DNA from: Eledone cirrhosa
Taxonomy: Eukaryota
Length of the DNA stretch: 64,000 nt
Reading direction: 5' to 3'
Assembly (NCBI GenBank): GCA_964016885.1
Contig: OZ024740.1
Coordinates: 374,914,001-374,978,000, forward strand
Part shown: piece by piece, positions 39,991 through 54,199 of the stretch
How the letters are laid out: each line of letters opens with the position of its first letter
Numbering within the stretch: the stretch's first letter is position 1
Position numbers and translations under genes: made by a program
Notes under the pieces: generated by a model
The model's database searches: none
Told to the model about the DNA's origin: nothing
The model's input: the letters and a program-made list of their open reading frames with translations, nothing else

Positions 39991-42719
39991 CTTGAATCTC
40001 AGTCATTGATGTTGGTTAACTGGAAAGTCCGTTGGATTGAATATCAAGCCACTACCTGCAGCCTCAGGTATTCAGGACGTATCGGAGGGTTCTTGCTGTT
40101 CCAAGCAAGCATGCCTTTTGAAGCGTTCCAAAAAGCGTGAAGCGGCCGATTTTCTTTAACCATCCCTGGAAACTTTTGGAGATAGTCCCCAGTGCGCCTA
40201 TGACAATCGGGCTCACTTTGACTTCATGGCAGTTCCAAATCCTTTTCACCTCCCACTTTAGGTCCTGGTATCGGTTAATTTTCTCCCTCTCCTTCTCTTG
40301 CACTCTCGTGTCGAACGGGCAGGCCACATCCACAATCAGGCACGATCTTTTTTCTTTGTCCACAACCACCAGGTCAGGTCTATTGTGTTCCAGTTTTTTG
40401 TCCGTCTGTATCCTAAAATCCCACAGCACCTTCACCTGATTGTTCTCCATCACCGCCTCTGGCCTATGCTCATACCATTTCTCAGAATGTGGTAGATTGT
40501 TTACTTTGCACAGGTGCCAGTGGATCACCCTGCCCATCACATCGTGTCTCCAGCCCTTATAGTGGGTCTGGGCTAGGTGTTTACACTCGGACACAATGTG
40601 AGCCACAGTCTCCTCTCTCTCTCCACAGATCCTGCACAGTGGGCTGGCCTCCTCCTTGTAGATATGGTGCTTCAACCACTTCGTTTTGAGGGCCTGCTCC
40701 TGCGCAGCCATTAGCATTCCTTCTGTAGCCTTTTTGAGGTCTCCTCTTCTCAACCAGTTCCATGTCTGTGGATCTCTAAATTCAGTTTTCTCAAAGAAGG
40801 TACTATGAAGGGGTTTTCCCTTAAGGCTGCTCTTCCTCCTTGATGTTATTTCCTCCCTGTACATCCCCTGGCCTACTGTCCCCTCCTTCAGTACAGCTCT
40901 GAGCATTGGCTCCTTACTATAGGTCACGTATTTGTATAGGTTGTTTTTCTCCATCTGAACACAGTCCTCTATGCTGATAAGACCTCTTCCACCCTCAGAT
41001 CTCCTTAGGTAGAGTCTATCGACATCACTCCTCTTGTGGAACATGTTGTAGATAGTCAATAGCTTCCTGGTCTTCCTATCCATTTCTTTCTGTTCAGCAA
41101 CATTCCATCTCAGAATTCCCGCACTGTACCTAATAATAGACACAGCTCGGGAATTTACTGCGCTTATGGCATTTCTGCTGTTCAGATGTGACTTCAATAC
41201 GCTCCTTACTCTCCGAATGTATTCAGTTCTTAACAATTCCTTCATTTTTTTGTTCTTTATGCCATCAGCCTCCAGAACGCCCAAATACTTGTATCCTTCC
41301 TCAGAGTCAATTTCCCCTATCATCTCACCTGTTGGTATCTGGATCCCGTTACTTCTGCTCAACCTACCCCTCTTCATCACAATGACTCCACATTTACCAA
41401 TACCAAACTGCATACATATATCACTGCTGAAAATACGGACAGTGTCAACAAGCACATCCAACTCCTTCTCACTTTTCCCGAAGAGCTTAAGATCGTCCAT
41501 GAAGAGGAGGTGATTGATGGTAAGCTCTCCCCTTCCCAACTTGTATCCTGCTCTCACTTTTCGCAGCATAATGGTCAAGGGCATCAGGGCTAGGACAAAC
41601 AACAGAGGGGACAGGCTATCTCCCTGGAAGATACCTCTCTTGATCTTCACGCTTCCCAAGGATACTCCAGTTGATGTCAACTCTGTCTCCCAGGACCCCA
41701 TACTCCTGCCTAGCAACTGTCTGATGTTATCTGCAACCCTGAAGATCTCCAGGCTTTTGGTGATCCAGGAATGAGGCACCATGTCAAATGCCTTTCTGTA
41801 GTCTATCCATCCCATGGCAAGATCAGTGTGTCTCCTCCTGCAATTCCCCATTACCATCTTATCAATAAGCAACTGGTCATTTGTACCACGTGACTTCTTT
41901 CGGCATCCTTTCTGTTCGTCCGGTAACAAGTTGTTTGTGTGGAGGTGATGGTAGATTTCCTCAGACACAATGCTCGTCAACAGTTTCCACATTACGGGCA
42001 GACATGTGATAGGTCTATAGTTGGTAGCATCATTACCCTTGATTCGGTCTTTCATTATCAGAACTGTGGTACCTTTTGTCAACCACTCTGGCACCTCACC
42101 CGACACCAAGCAGTCATTGAACATGGCCGTCAGCTTCGGGTGGAGGGATGTTAGATGTTTAATCCAATACCCCTGCACACCATCTGGGCCTGGTGATTTC
42201 CAGTTGGTTAGTTTTTTGGCTTGCCCCTTAAGAGTTTCAACTGTGATACTCAAATCAGTCTGTTGCTGTGCCTGCTCACCGATCTCCCTCTGTACTGTCT
42301 CAATCCACCCTGCCTGGGCATTGTGTCTAACATCCTGCTCCCATATTCCTCTCCAGAATGTTTTTGTTTGCTCCGCCCCAGGGATCAAGTCGTTGCCTCT
42401 TTCTTTGCCCTCAAGCTGTCCAAACAGCATCTTCTGGTTGTTGTCGAACATGCGGTTCTGTTTATACTGACTGACTCTGTTCTCGTATCGCCTGATTTTT
42501 GCACTCTTTGCTACAATGCGTTGCTTCAATTCCTCTATGATAATATTCAGCTTTTTACTCCTAGTTTTGTATTTTATTTCCAGTCTATTTTTAGTGCCTA
42601 TGTTTTTTAGTGTCCCATTCAGTAGTGACTCAAGCTTTCCTATGTCATTTCCCATTTCCCCGATTTGCCCACTCAGTCGCTTCTTCCACCACGGCTCTGC
42701 TCTTTCTTGTCTGCTGTTT
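39990..42719 (-). mobile_element. R4/Dong-like RLE retrotransposon, family 1 copy a, 5'-truncated
   Basis: ~75 nt 3' UTR runs into (TAA)n; 5' end joins filler and (TAA)n at 42720-42755. Confidence 0.92.
40064..42655 (-). CDS. Uninterrupted RT + CCHC + restriction-like endonuclease ORF (863 aa, N-terminally truncated)
   Basis: NWKSPGPDG, YRPITCL, DYRKAFDMVPH, IFQGDSLSP, LFMDDLKL, CRIC..ETVAHIVSEC, RHD, RPDLV..VDVACP, K..RY.DL, LQKACLLGTAR. Confidence 0.9.
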   Translation of the reverse strand: MGNDIGKLESLLNGTLKNIGTKNRLEIKYKTRSKKLNIIIEELKQRIVAKSAKIRRYENRVSQYKQNRMFDNNQKMLFGQLEGKERGNDLIPGAEQTKTFWRGIWEQDVRHNAQAGWIETVQREIGEQAQQQTDLSITVETLKGQAKKLTNWKSPGPDGVQGYWIKHLTSLHPKLTAMFNDCLVSGEVPEWLTKGTTVLIMKDRIKGNDATNYRPITCLPVMWKLLTSIVSEEIYHHLHTNNLLPDEQKGCRKKSRGTNDQLLIDKMVMGNCRRRHTDLAMGWIDYRKAFDMVPHSWITKSLEIFRVADNIRQLLGRSMGSWETELTSTGVSLGSVKIKRGIFQGDSLSPLLFVLALMPLTIMLRKVRAGYKLGRGELTINHLLFMDDLKLFGKSEKELDVLVDTVRIFSSDICMQFGIGKCGVIVMKRGRLSRSNGIQIPTGEMIGEIDSEEGYKYLGVLEADGIKNKKMKELLRTEYIRRVRSVLKSHLNSRNAISAVNSRAVSIIRYSAGILRWNVAEQKEMDRKTRKLLTIYNMFHKRSDVDRLYLRRSEGGRGLISIEDCVQMEKNNLYKYVTYSKEPMLRAVLKEGTVGQGMYREEITSRRKSSLKGKPLHSTFFEKTEFRDPQTWNWLRRGDLKKATEGMLMAAQEQALKTKWLKHHIYKEEASPLCRICGEREETVAHIVSECKHLAQTHYKGWRHDVMGRVIHWHLCKVNNLPHSEKWYEHRPEAVMENNQVKVLWDFRIQTDKKLEHNRPDLVVVDKEKRSCLIVDVACPFDTRVQEKEREKINRYQDLKWEVKRIWNCHEVKVSPIVIGALGTISKSFQGWLKKIGRFTLFGTLQKACLLGTARTLRYVLNT

Positions 42720-42755
42720 ACTTATTTATTGTCTATTATTATTATTATTATTATT

Positions 42756-45700
42756 CCTTGAATCTCAGTCATTGATGTTGGTTAACTGGAAAGTCCGTTG
42801 GATTGAATATCAAGCCACTACCTGCAGCCTCAGATATTCAGGACGTATCGGAGGGTTCTTGCTGTTCCAAGCAAGCATGCCTTTTGAAGCGTTCCAAAAA
42901 GCGTGAAGGGGCCGATTTTCTTTAACCATCCCTGGAAAACTTTGGAGATAGTCCCCAGTGCGCCTATGACAATCGGGATCACTTTGACTTCATGGCAGTT
43001 CCAAATCCTTTTCACCTCCCACTTTAGGTCCTGGTATCGGTTAATTTTCTCCCTCTCCTTCTCTTGCACTCTCGTGTCGAACGGGCAGGCCACATCCACA
43101 ATCAGGCACGATCTTTTTTATTTGTCCACAACCACCAGGTCAGGTCTATTGTGTTCCAGTTTTTTGTCCGTCTGTATCCTAAAATCCCACAGCACCTTCA
43201 CCTGACTGTTCTCCATCACCGCCTCTGGCCTATGCTCATACCATTTCTCAGAATGTGGTAGATTGTTTACTTTGCACAGGTGCCAGTGGATCACCCTGCC
43301 CATCACATCGTGTCTCCAGCCCTTATAGTGGGTCTGGGCTAGGTGTTTACACTCGGACACAATGTGAGCCACAGTCTCCTCTCTCTCTCCACAGATCCTG
43401 CACAGTGGGCTAGCCTCCTCCTTGTAGATATGGTGCTTCAACCACTTCGTTTTGAGGGCCTGCTCCTGCGCAGCCATTAGCATTCCTTCTGTAGCCTTTT
43501 TGAGGTCTCCTCTTCTCAACCAGTTCCATGTCTGTGGATCTCTAAATTCAGTTTTCTCAAAGAAGGTACTATGAAGGGATTTTCCCTTAAGGCTGCTCTT
43601 CCTCCTTGATGTTATTTCCTCCTTGGATATCCCCTGGCCTACTGTCCCCTCCTTCAGTACAGCTCTGAGCATTGGCTCCTTACTATAGGTCACGTATTTG
43701 TATAGGTTGTTTTTCTCCATCTGAACACAGTCCTCTATGCTGATAAGACCTCTTCCACCCTCAGATCTCCTTAGGTAGAGTCTATCGACATCACTCCTCT
43801 TGTGGAACATGTTGTAGATAGTCAATAGCTTCCTAGTCTTCCTATCCATTTCTTTTTGTTCAGCAACATTCCATCTCAGAATTCCCGCACTGTACCTAAT
43901 AATAGACACAGCTCGGGAATTTACTGCGCTTATGGCATTTCTGCTGTTCAGATGTGACTTCAATACGCTCCTTACTCTCCGAATGTATTCAGTTCTTAAC
44001 AATTCCTTCATTTGTTTGTTCTTTATGCCATCAGCCTCCAGAACGCCCAAATACTTGTATCCTTCCTCAGAGTCAATTTCCTTTATCATCTCACCTGTTG
44101 GTATCTGGATCCCGTTACTTCTGCTCAACCTACCCCTCTTCATCACAATGACTCCACATTTACCAATACCAAACTGCATACATATATCACTGCTGAAAAT
44201 ACGGACAGTGTCAACAAGCACATCCAACTCCTTCTCACTTTTCCCGAAGAGCTTAAGATCGTCCATGAAGAGGAGGTGATCGATGGTAAGCTCTCCCCTT
44301 CCCAACTTGTATCCTGCTCTCACTTTTCGCAGCATAATGGTCAAGGGCATCAGGGCAAGGACAAACAACAGAGGGGACAGGCTATCTCCCTGGAAGATAC
44401 CTCTCTTGATCTTCACGCTTCCCAAGGATACTCCAGTTGATGTCAACTCTGTCTCCCAGGACCCCATACTCCTGCCTAGCAACTGTCTGATGTTATCTGC
44501 CACCCTGAAGATCTCCAGGCTTTTGGTGATCCAGGAATGAGGCACCATGTCAAATGCCTTTCTGTAGTCTATCCATCCCATGGCAAGATCAGTGTGTCTC
44601 CTCCTGCAATTCCCCATTACCATCTTATCAATAAGCAACTGGTCCTTTGTACCACGTGACTTCTTTCGGCATCCTTTCTGTTCGTCCGCTAACAAGTTGT
44701 TTGTGTGGAGGTGATGGTAGATTTCCTCAGACACAATGCTCGTCAACAGTTTCCACATTACGGGCAGACATGTGATAGGTCTATAGTTGGTAACATCATT
44801 ACCCTTGATTCGGTCTTTCATTATCAGAACTGTGGTACCTTTTGTCAACCACTCTGGCACCTCACCCGACACCAAGCAGTCATTGAACATGGCCGTCAGC
44901 TTCGGGTGGAGGGATGTTAAATGTTTAATCCAATACCCCTGCACACCATCTGGGCCTGGTGATTTCCAGTTGGTTAGTTTTTTGGCTTGCCCCTTAAGAG
45001 TTTCAACTGTGATACTCAAATCAGTCTGTTGTTGTGCCTGCTCACCGATCTCCCTCTGTACTGTCTCAATCCACCCTGCCTGGGCATTGTGTCTAACATC
45101 CTGCTCCCATATTCCTTCCAGAATGTTTTAGCTTGTTCCGCCCCAGGGATCAAGTCGTTGCCTCTTTCTTTCCCCTCAAGCTGTCCAAACAGCATCTTCT
45201 GGTTGTTGTCGAACATGCGGTTCTGTTTATACTGACTGACTCTGTTCTCGTATCGCCTGATTTTTGCACTCTTTGCTACAATGCGTTGCTTCAATTCCTC
45301 TATGATAATATTTAGCTTTTTACTCCTAGTTTTGTATTTTATTTCCAGTCTATTTTTAGTGCCTATGTTTTTTAGTGTCCCATTCAGTAGTGACTCAAGC
45401 TTTCCTATGTCATTTCTCATTTCCCCGATTTGCCCACTCAGTCGCTTCTTCCACCACGGCTCTGCTCTTTCTTGTCTGTTGTTTCCTCTCGCTTTTATAC
45501 CAAGTAGTTTCCTCACCGTATTTGCTGTTGCTTTGAGGATATTGTTGCACTGGTGAAGAAACCTCGCCTCAAGGTATGGGATGACTTTGTTTACCTTAGC
45601 TGTTGTTTCTTTTAACTTTTTCCTGTCTACAAATCTTAGGTTCATAGGTCTCCCACTATCATTGTTCAACTCATCTACCACTAAATTTAGGATGTCAACC

Positions 45701-45872
45701 GAATCTTGTCCTAGCCCGTCAGCATTCATCTCCTCAGTGGCCGTATCTCTGTTCCAGGTATTATTTATCTCAGTATTCAGATCATTGTCTGCTTCGGGTG
45801 GTTCGTCCGTTCTCTTCATTTCCCGCCGGCTCGCTTGTCTGGCATACTACACCCGCCATCTCCAAGCCATTC
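42756..45872 (-). mobile_element. R4/Dong-like family 1 copy b, longer 5' extent, with stop and frameshifts
   Basis: Near-identical to copy a; ORFs 42830-43099, 43118-45019 and 45016-45819; (TAA)n at 42734-42755 and 45873-45924. Confidence 0.92.
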
Positions 45873-45925
<53 letters not shown>

Positions 45926-46699
45926 CATTATATATATATATATATAATCCAGACAGGAATAGGAACTATGATAAATAAAAAATACTAGCATTAAAGTAAT
46001 ACCGACGACAAACACCAGTATTAGCACTGCTAGCAATTAACAAATGATTTGTCAAATCCACTATTCTGAAATATATCCCTTAACCTTCTATGACATATCA
46101 ACGACAAACATCGAAAATAAATGATAACAATATTGAAAAAAACAACTTTAACTTATTTTTACAGTGATATTGACGTATGTGTAGTATATGTAATATCCAC
46201 AGATAACAAATGAATGCGAAGGACGATAATAAAAAATAATTATTGAAATATAGTTCTTATTTAATATGAAAAATAAATAACAGAAACTATGAATATCAAA
46301 CTGTATCTATAGAATACTTACAAAACATTGTAGGACTACACAAATGAATGTATCAAATGTAATATTAGAAATATCTAAAGATAGAAATATTGATGATGCC
46401 AACATCGCAAACATGGTCTTAGTTAAATAAGTAAACATTATCATGTTGACTTGAATAATATATTAAAGTAAAAGAAATAGTATATTGCACTTTTACATTC
46501 ATCCATATCAAGACGTTTTTCTGAAAAGACAATGGAGCTTGATATTGATGGTGAGTTATCACCGATAATACACGTGAAAGCATGTTCAACTGAGTGTCTA
46601 TTGATATGGATACCTTCTTTAAATCATAGATATATATTGTAACATATTATATTATACCGAAGACCTTGCAGAAGGCGAATGAAGCAATACATCTTCGGC

Positions 46700-47800
46700 A
46701 GGTCTATATTCAGTAGTAAAAATAATATAAGAAGAAATTATTGTGTATCGGAAATCAAGGCATTCCTATGGATAAGTGTATTTAAATCAAGTTATATAGC
46801 TAGACAATCATAGTGTGTGAATGGGAGGGATATCAAATTATTGTTTAGCACAGAGGTGACGCTAACGCACTGGGAATGATACTAATCATTTTTAGAAGCA
46901 CCGTACACATTACTTGCAAAATTATTTAATGATTAACTGACAATAAGTGTATGAGTTGACGACAACAGAGAAAATAATCTTGCATATCAAAACAAATCAA
47001 GCCCTTACATCTAAAAACCAATAATTTAGTTACAGCAACAGCATAATGGAGACGGGATAATTACCTGTAAAACATGAATTTAGAAAGATATGTCTATGTA
47101 ACTGTGAAGAGAGGAAAGCAAATTGAATTTACTAATGCTATTTTGGATAAAGAACTGGAGTTAGGAGTATTAGAACAGCATAGACATGCAGATCCTTAAG
47201 AAATAACACAGAGACAGAAACAAATATATTAAAGAAAGGACCACGAATGAATATTGTAGATATCTTACATATAGCTAAATGGTAATATGTTGTGAATCTA
47301 ATACAAATATCTATTAAACAGGAAACAAACAAAAACTGTCATTTGCTTGCAACAATGACAACAATTATAAAACGATCCTGGGTTTCTAGATATTTGGATT
47401 TTAGATATTTGGAAAAAGACAGTGGAAAAAGAAAATCGTTAAAGAAATGTAAAACTGTGCTCAAAATGGGCCTAAATATAATATTAAATATATAGCAAGT
47501 ACAGACCTTACATATCCAATTATGTTGATTACTAAATGAACAAAACATAGACCGAATATAAAATACAGTTGAAAAAATATGAAAGACATTTTTTTGTGGC
47601 CTAGAATCTGAACCTTGCTTCGAAATATGTATAAAGAATATATAATTCCCTTATATGATAACGCATATAATAATTTATATACCGTCAATTTAGAAATCAA
47701 GAATGTATATATACAGGACTGACAGATCTCAAGCTTTTGTGTACCAATCATTATGCCAACATTATGAAATGCTGTCAGAAAATAGATGCTATAAATATAC
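46700..47800 (+). pseudogene. Possible ancient L1-clade RT relic
   Basis: Faint patches such as GIITC (~47056) and YIKERTTNEYCR (~47225); no open frame. Confidence 0.3.
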
Positions 47801-48154
47801 ACTGGAAAATATAACAGAGTATGAGAAATCTAATCGACTGCATGTTGATAAGAACAATGAGATATGAAGGACTCTCGTAATCGAATTATAAGTGCAAGTA
47901 ACGGTAATGTAACACTAAACAGAATGGATAATATATTGAAACATATACATAGAGAAAAAGAGAAAAGTAGAATGTGCTCATTCGAAAGGAATCATACATT
48001 CTAATTATGTCAAAAGGGCAGAGTATGAAACGGAGTTCTTCAATAAATAGGGCCTTAATACATTATAAGTGCATTTGGCAAGCATTACGTTAAAAGGAAT
48101 ATTTGCTTTATTGCGAAAATTATGAATAACAATTATTTAAGTTTGTGAAAGGAA

Positions 48155-48214
48155 TCCTCCTCCTCCTTCTTCTTCTTCTTCTTCTTCTTCTTCTTCTTCT
48201 TCTTCTTCTTCTTC
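48155..48214. repeat. (TCC)n(TTC)n microsatellite
   Basis: Direct reading. Confidence 0.95.
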
Positions 48215-51200
48215 TAGGGAAGACCGTAGAGGTATACATCGGGTAAATGTTGACACAAATATTAAATTGGACATAATGTGTTTAGCTTTTACACATAAAT
48301 GCGTCCTTCCGATGACAGACAGCTGAAGCTGGCACATTTATGCAGCAGCTCCAACAATTATTGCACTTAATTCGGCATCCTCTTTATATCATATGTTAAT
48401 AGGGTCCCGCGAAACATGATTCAGTGGATGAACATTCACAAATAGTGTGCACTGCGCAGGCTTCCATGAGAGGACGAGCTGTTCAGTCTTCACAACCCTG
48501 AGTTTCACGAATTCCTGCATGGTATACATCCGACGAGGGAAGTAGTACTATGTCGTCTGTATGTAACATTTCCAACGCGCCTGAACATGTCATTACTATA
48601 TATGAAGATTATGACTAATCGATGTAAAGGTGATAGTGTGCATACTTACCGTGGTTCGACATCTAAATTGAATGATTTCGATTTAGAACTATTAATCCGA
48701 TCACAAATGCTAGCGCATTTGGATAGAGACTTCAAGGCAAAAATAATCTGTCCCTCTATCCTATACTACTGCAGAACGTTCCATAAGAGACACCGTGGAA
48801 CGTTGTCATATATCTATTCATTCTTTACGAAACAATCATACTCCTCCCGGCAACGATTTCTCGAGGACTTGCCGTCTGTACTGCATCCGAGGCGAAAACC
48901 ACACATTTCGTCAACTAGCTTGGACTAAACAATATCCTCACATCTATTTCTGAGACACTTAGCATAGACTTTACTGGGGAGCTAAAAGCTAAACAATAAT
49001 ATCCCTCTATAATTAGATCTCTCTTTTTTAACTTTTAGAACATTGGGTTTGGTGTCTTTCCAGTTATCCAGGCCGCACGGCAAATATGAGACAGTCAAAA
49101 CACACTTTATCTATTAAAGGTTTTGAACGTATTAGGCCATGCCACATTTGAGATATTTCATTACTCTGGTGATCTTAGCTTCGAAAGGTAAGCCGTTGCT
49201 CTTAAATACACTTAATATACATCAGATCTTATGACGGGGTTTATGAGATCAGGAAATTATTCTCTACACTTCACGAGTATGCATCTCTCTCAAGAAATAA
49301 CAACCTACGACGAGTTATTTATTGCAGATTTAGAGGGATGCTTATTACGATTTCAGCGGATGGAATGCCACAAGCATAATGTATTCGCTGATCCTAACAT
49401 TGGACGCATTTAGTGTTTCTGCTGTAACTTGCCGCGCTTACTTTTGAGATAAGTGAAAGAAAGTGGACACATTTCCAGGCCAAAATTTGAAATCATCCTT
49501 TATTGCTTCTATGGCATAATGCTGCTCCTGCAACCCGGAGCTACGCAAAGCCAATTTTGCCCGCAACAGTTAACGGCACGACCAGAAAACTACTCAGTTT
49601 GCAGTTCTTTGACTCTGGATGCAATACTCTATACATATTTGGTCTGGACCATCTTATCAGCCAGCGCTTCGCATTTTATCCTGCTAGAGAACGTGTAACA
49701 GGTAGTGGATGGTGGTTGATAATCATATATGCTGGTTCGTTACAATATAAGTAGACACATCCCGGGTGAATAAACAAACCCAGACACAGTGGTAAGCTAA
49801 TAGGTCAGACGCTGTAATGTTTGACACTGTTAACTCTCAGGAAACACTCACAGCCCAACGAGGCGATCTAAAACCGCCTCTAATAAAGCCAAGTATTCGC
49901 CACTCAGAGAAAATTACCAAAGTGGTGGATGGCGTGAAGAAGATCACCAACACCTGTTAGATGCTTAAATGCAATAAAATCATTCATACTGTATCGTCTT
50001 TCATGTGGGCCAACAAGAGACGCGTTTATGCCTTACATAGAGCGGCCTCTAGTTTCCATCCAACGCTTGAATGACCTTGGACCCTCAAAGACTACGTATG
50101 CCGAGACCCAACGAGGGCACGGGAGTCCACAGTTCTTAACAGTCTTGAAGAAATATTTATGTAAATTGCTATATTCAATATCCGATGTTTTGAGATGTTG
50201 TGAAATAGTGTTTGATGGGAATAGCATGACATCTGTTATAACAAAAAATAAATGAGACCTGTTAATGTGTCTGCGTATTTATGAAGCTTATACAGACATT
50301 GTATTCCATCACAGCACTGCAGAATATGCATGGAAACTTAAGCATAGAAGGTATGTACTACATTAACCTATATTCATTCAACCGCAGCAAGAGAATAAGT
50401 TGAAACGGGATGCATCACCAGTCAGAAACATTGCTTATATATCAGTGAGATATTACCGTTTTTAGTGATGCACCTTGGTCTAGTTACTCTTGTCAGTCTG
50501 AAAGGGAGTAAACGCTCAAATCGACAGCCAACAGTGTGAGCCTCGTCTTAATATAACTGATGACACTATTTCACGTAAACTTAATAACAGCCAAACAACA
50601 ACTGAACGGCTTAAATATATTTCACGTCATGTATTGACAGATACACCCAGAAAAAACATATATCGATTGTCCAGCTTAACTATAACCCGGAAATATTGGT
50701 ATACATTCCTAATGAGGCTTGTCAGATTATGTAATCTTTCTTCAGAATGATATTGTGTGAAAATAACGCTGGTTTTGAAGAGGTAAAAACAAGTATGATT
50801 TATATTGTTTTACTGTTATTTGCAATATATCAACGGCAAAAGACATGTTCTTAACTTGTTGGGAGATTTTTTCAAAAATGAAGTAAAGAGCACGCAGTGT
50901 AGAAGTTTAAATTCAACATGTAATGGTATCAAGTTTACATAGAAGTACATTAGCTACTTTTCATTACAGTTGTTGTGTTTTACAAAATCAGTTGAATAAT
51001 GAGTTGTAGATATTGCAATATAAAACATAATTCCATATGGCCAGGCTGTAATCATCACGATGTTCTCAAATAGATAATGAAATGAAAGGAATAGAATAAG
51101 TTAGGCAGTTTGAAATGCTAAATGTTATTCTATAAGGGCACTAAGGGAGGATTCCTATTTTATCGGCTCTCGATAGGCATACGACAATATCTAGAGGTCA

Positions 51201-54199
51201 AATAATTCAACCGATGAGGCCGACTGATATATTGCGTCTCATGGATGCACACTTGCTTTTTAGTTCTGCTTCGTACACAAAAAAACGTCTTTCCACTATG
51301 TATGTGCGTCATGCCATCTGTATTCGGTGTTCTCTACATTAATCAGACCACTTTATCATGATCGTGTATGCGAATCGATGTTTTCCTGCGTGATATAATG
51401 TACACAATTGCCTTTTGGGCGACATGTTTCTGGAGTACGAACAGCTGCTCTCTTGTCACAGTACAGGTTAGTTATATTGGCACGCTGCATTGAAAGATTT
51501 TAGAAGGAGCCGTAACTCGGCATTCTTCCTGTTAACATTGGAGACGGTCGGCCACGGCCACGGTGACAGTAAGCTACCGACAATATAAATATTTGTACTT
51601 TCGAGAAGAAAGAATATACTGAGATAAGATACCACGTGTTGTAACATGTTCTTTGCTTTTAACATCATCACCTCACTCAAACATCCGGGCATTGCAATAT
51701 ACATGAGCGAAAGACACCACAAGCTAGGATTTAACGGGGCGCTTTCATTGTGTACCGGTTGGCATCGAGACCAACCAAAACTGAAGGAGTAAGGAACTCG
51801 GTATGGTTCAAAAGTTGATACCAAAAGTTGATGTCACTCGATATCTGCTGGGTAATAATGCGTTCGCAATCTTTTCACCGAGGTGTAGCTAAAATAGAGT
51901 ACCCAGTCAAGTGTGTATAGACAGCCTCCGTACTCCCCTCTTTCCTGTTTTATTCAATTCATCTCCCTCTTTTCTTTCTGTCACTTCTCGTTCCTTCCTT
52001 ATGTAATTCCATTCGCATATACCATAAATATGTGGTTGGGTTAAATATATATATATATATATATGGGAAAATATTTATGCTTTTCTTAATGTTCTATTTT
52101 CCCTTAATTCTCAGGTCACCTTCGTCATTTGATACTATATTTGTGTTATTCGTTAAATTCATCATTTTCTTCACAGCAGGGTAAGTGATAGCTAATATCA
52201 AGGCAAAATGCAAGGAAGTGACTTTGTGGGAGGGTAACAATATTAAACATAGATTAAAATGTTACAACCAGAAATGACTAACAGTCTACGAGTCACAAAT
52301 AATAATCTTTCATTTGGATAAATGTGCTACATTAGCCCATTTGAACGTTGTGGTGAAAGCAGTGATCCAGAATAAAATGTCGAAATGCGAGTGATGAGGC
52401 ATAATTATTAACTTGATTGAATGACTAGAAAGGGGATTGGTTGAAGTTGCAAACGGGGCTATGGAAGATATAGGAGCACAATGCAATATACATCCGTGCT
52501 GTGTGAAACATATATAACCGAAGTGTTCATTTGTAAGCATGCGTGTGCAAAATGCTACTTAGTTTGCCTCAAAATAATCAAAGCTGGATGCATAAATAAA
52601 ATCAATAGAATATAATTAAAATTTTTGGGTGTAAGACTAGGAAAATACACGTTTAAAAAATGAAACATTTTTAAATACAAGGAGAACAAAAATATCCAGT
52701 TACATTTCTAGATGAAATTAATGGAAATCGGAAACTATGTGTAATTAGTCTGTCTCAATATACAAACAATCGCAACTATATAACTATATAAAGCCCGATA
52801 GATTTCATCATCACACAACGATAGAATAAATTTGAACTAAAAAAGGATTTGTGAAATTTTTATAATAGCAACGCTATAGAACATTTTCAGTTTGTAAAAA
52901 GGTGAGCTCTAATCACACAAACATACGAAATGCTATTCTATTAAAAATATGTTTAATTATGTGAAACAAACGTTTTTTATTCGAAACATACCTCTTTGCA
53001 GACTGATGTGGAACTCTTCAAGCAAAAATGTGTTTGAAAGTTTGAAGTCGCTGAAGTTTTGCCTGTTTGAAAGTCGGAGCCATTAATTATATGAAATAAA
53101 ATGTGGTTGCTGTGTAGAGAGATAAACTACAGAATGAATTGTAAATCATTTTTATTTTTATTTCCTAAATATCAATTGAAAATTAACCATTGCTGATCCT
53201 GTGCAGCAATTTGCAGCGCCATTGTGATTCATTAAGCGCATAGACAGAAGATTGTATGTTAGTACACACATAAAATATCGTATGAAAGGGATCTTATTTA
53301 CAACATCATTCAAGGACTGTTTACATAAATGCATTTGACAGAATGTACGTGTATATCCTCGAAATTTACAACTTCATACGCACAATGTGTTGTTGAAATG
53401 TGTATAGAATTTATCCCTAGAACATATTCGTATCTGCAAAACCAAATATGTTTACACGCATATAAATAGCAGCAGCAAACAGAAAGCATATGTGCTAATA
53501 AAAATTATCATGTCGTGTCAATCTCTAGGTGCACGTTAAATACTGGCAGAGGAGCTTATAAGTAGAAGCTAACATATGGTTGCTACCTTTAGATAATAAT
53601 TACAACAGACATGATTTTACTTTCATTTAATTAAGAGAAAAATATTTCACTGATTAGTCTACTGTCAACACACATTTGATTATTCAACCAAAGACACATG
53701 GAATCGCAGAAAGTATAATGGGTTCTGCTTAAAGTCATAAATTGTCATGAATCGTCACACGGTGGCATTTATTCTACCGATAATCTTTATATGACAAGGA
53801 CTGACGTTAGTCCAGGATTATGTGTTTCTGAAGCAATTCACTATGCCAGTGTAATATTACGTTGCGATTTCGACAGCATGCAATTATCAGCGATATATTT
53901 ATAGTGTGTTAGACTAAGTCATATATTCTTGTTCAGAAACGTGGTTTCTCGCTTCAAAATATTATAGTTTCAAGGGAACTTCATTGACATTTACGTAGAA
54001 TGACTTCCTTAAATTGCTGATCTGACTCTACGTTTGAGGATGCTTCTATAATTAATTGTACCTATGACAACTCAAACTCGACCAAATATAAACAAGAACC
54101 GTTTGTGGATATAATGGAAATATATCTGAATGAATTTCCAAAGTTGCTGCCTGCAAGTAGTAAATTATTTACAATGTTCCTTTAAAATCATTTTCAATG

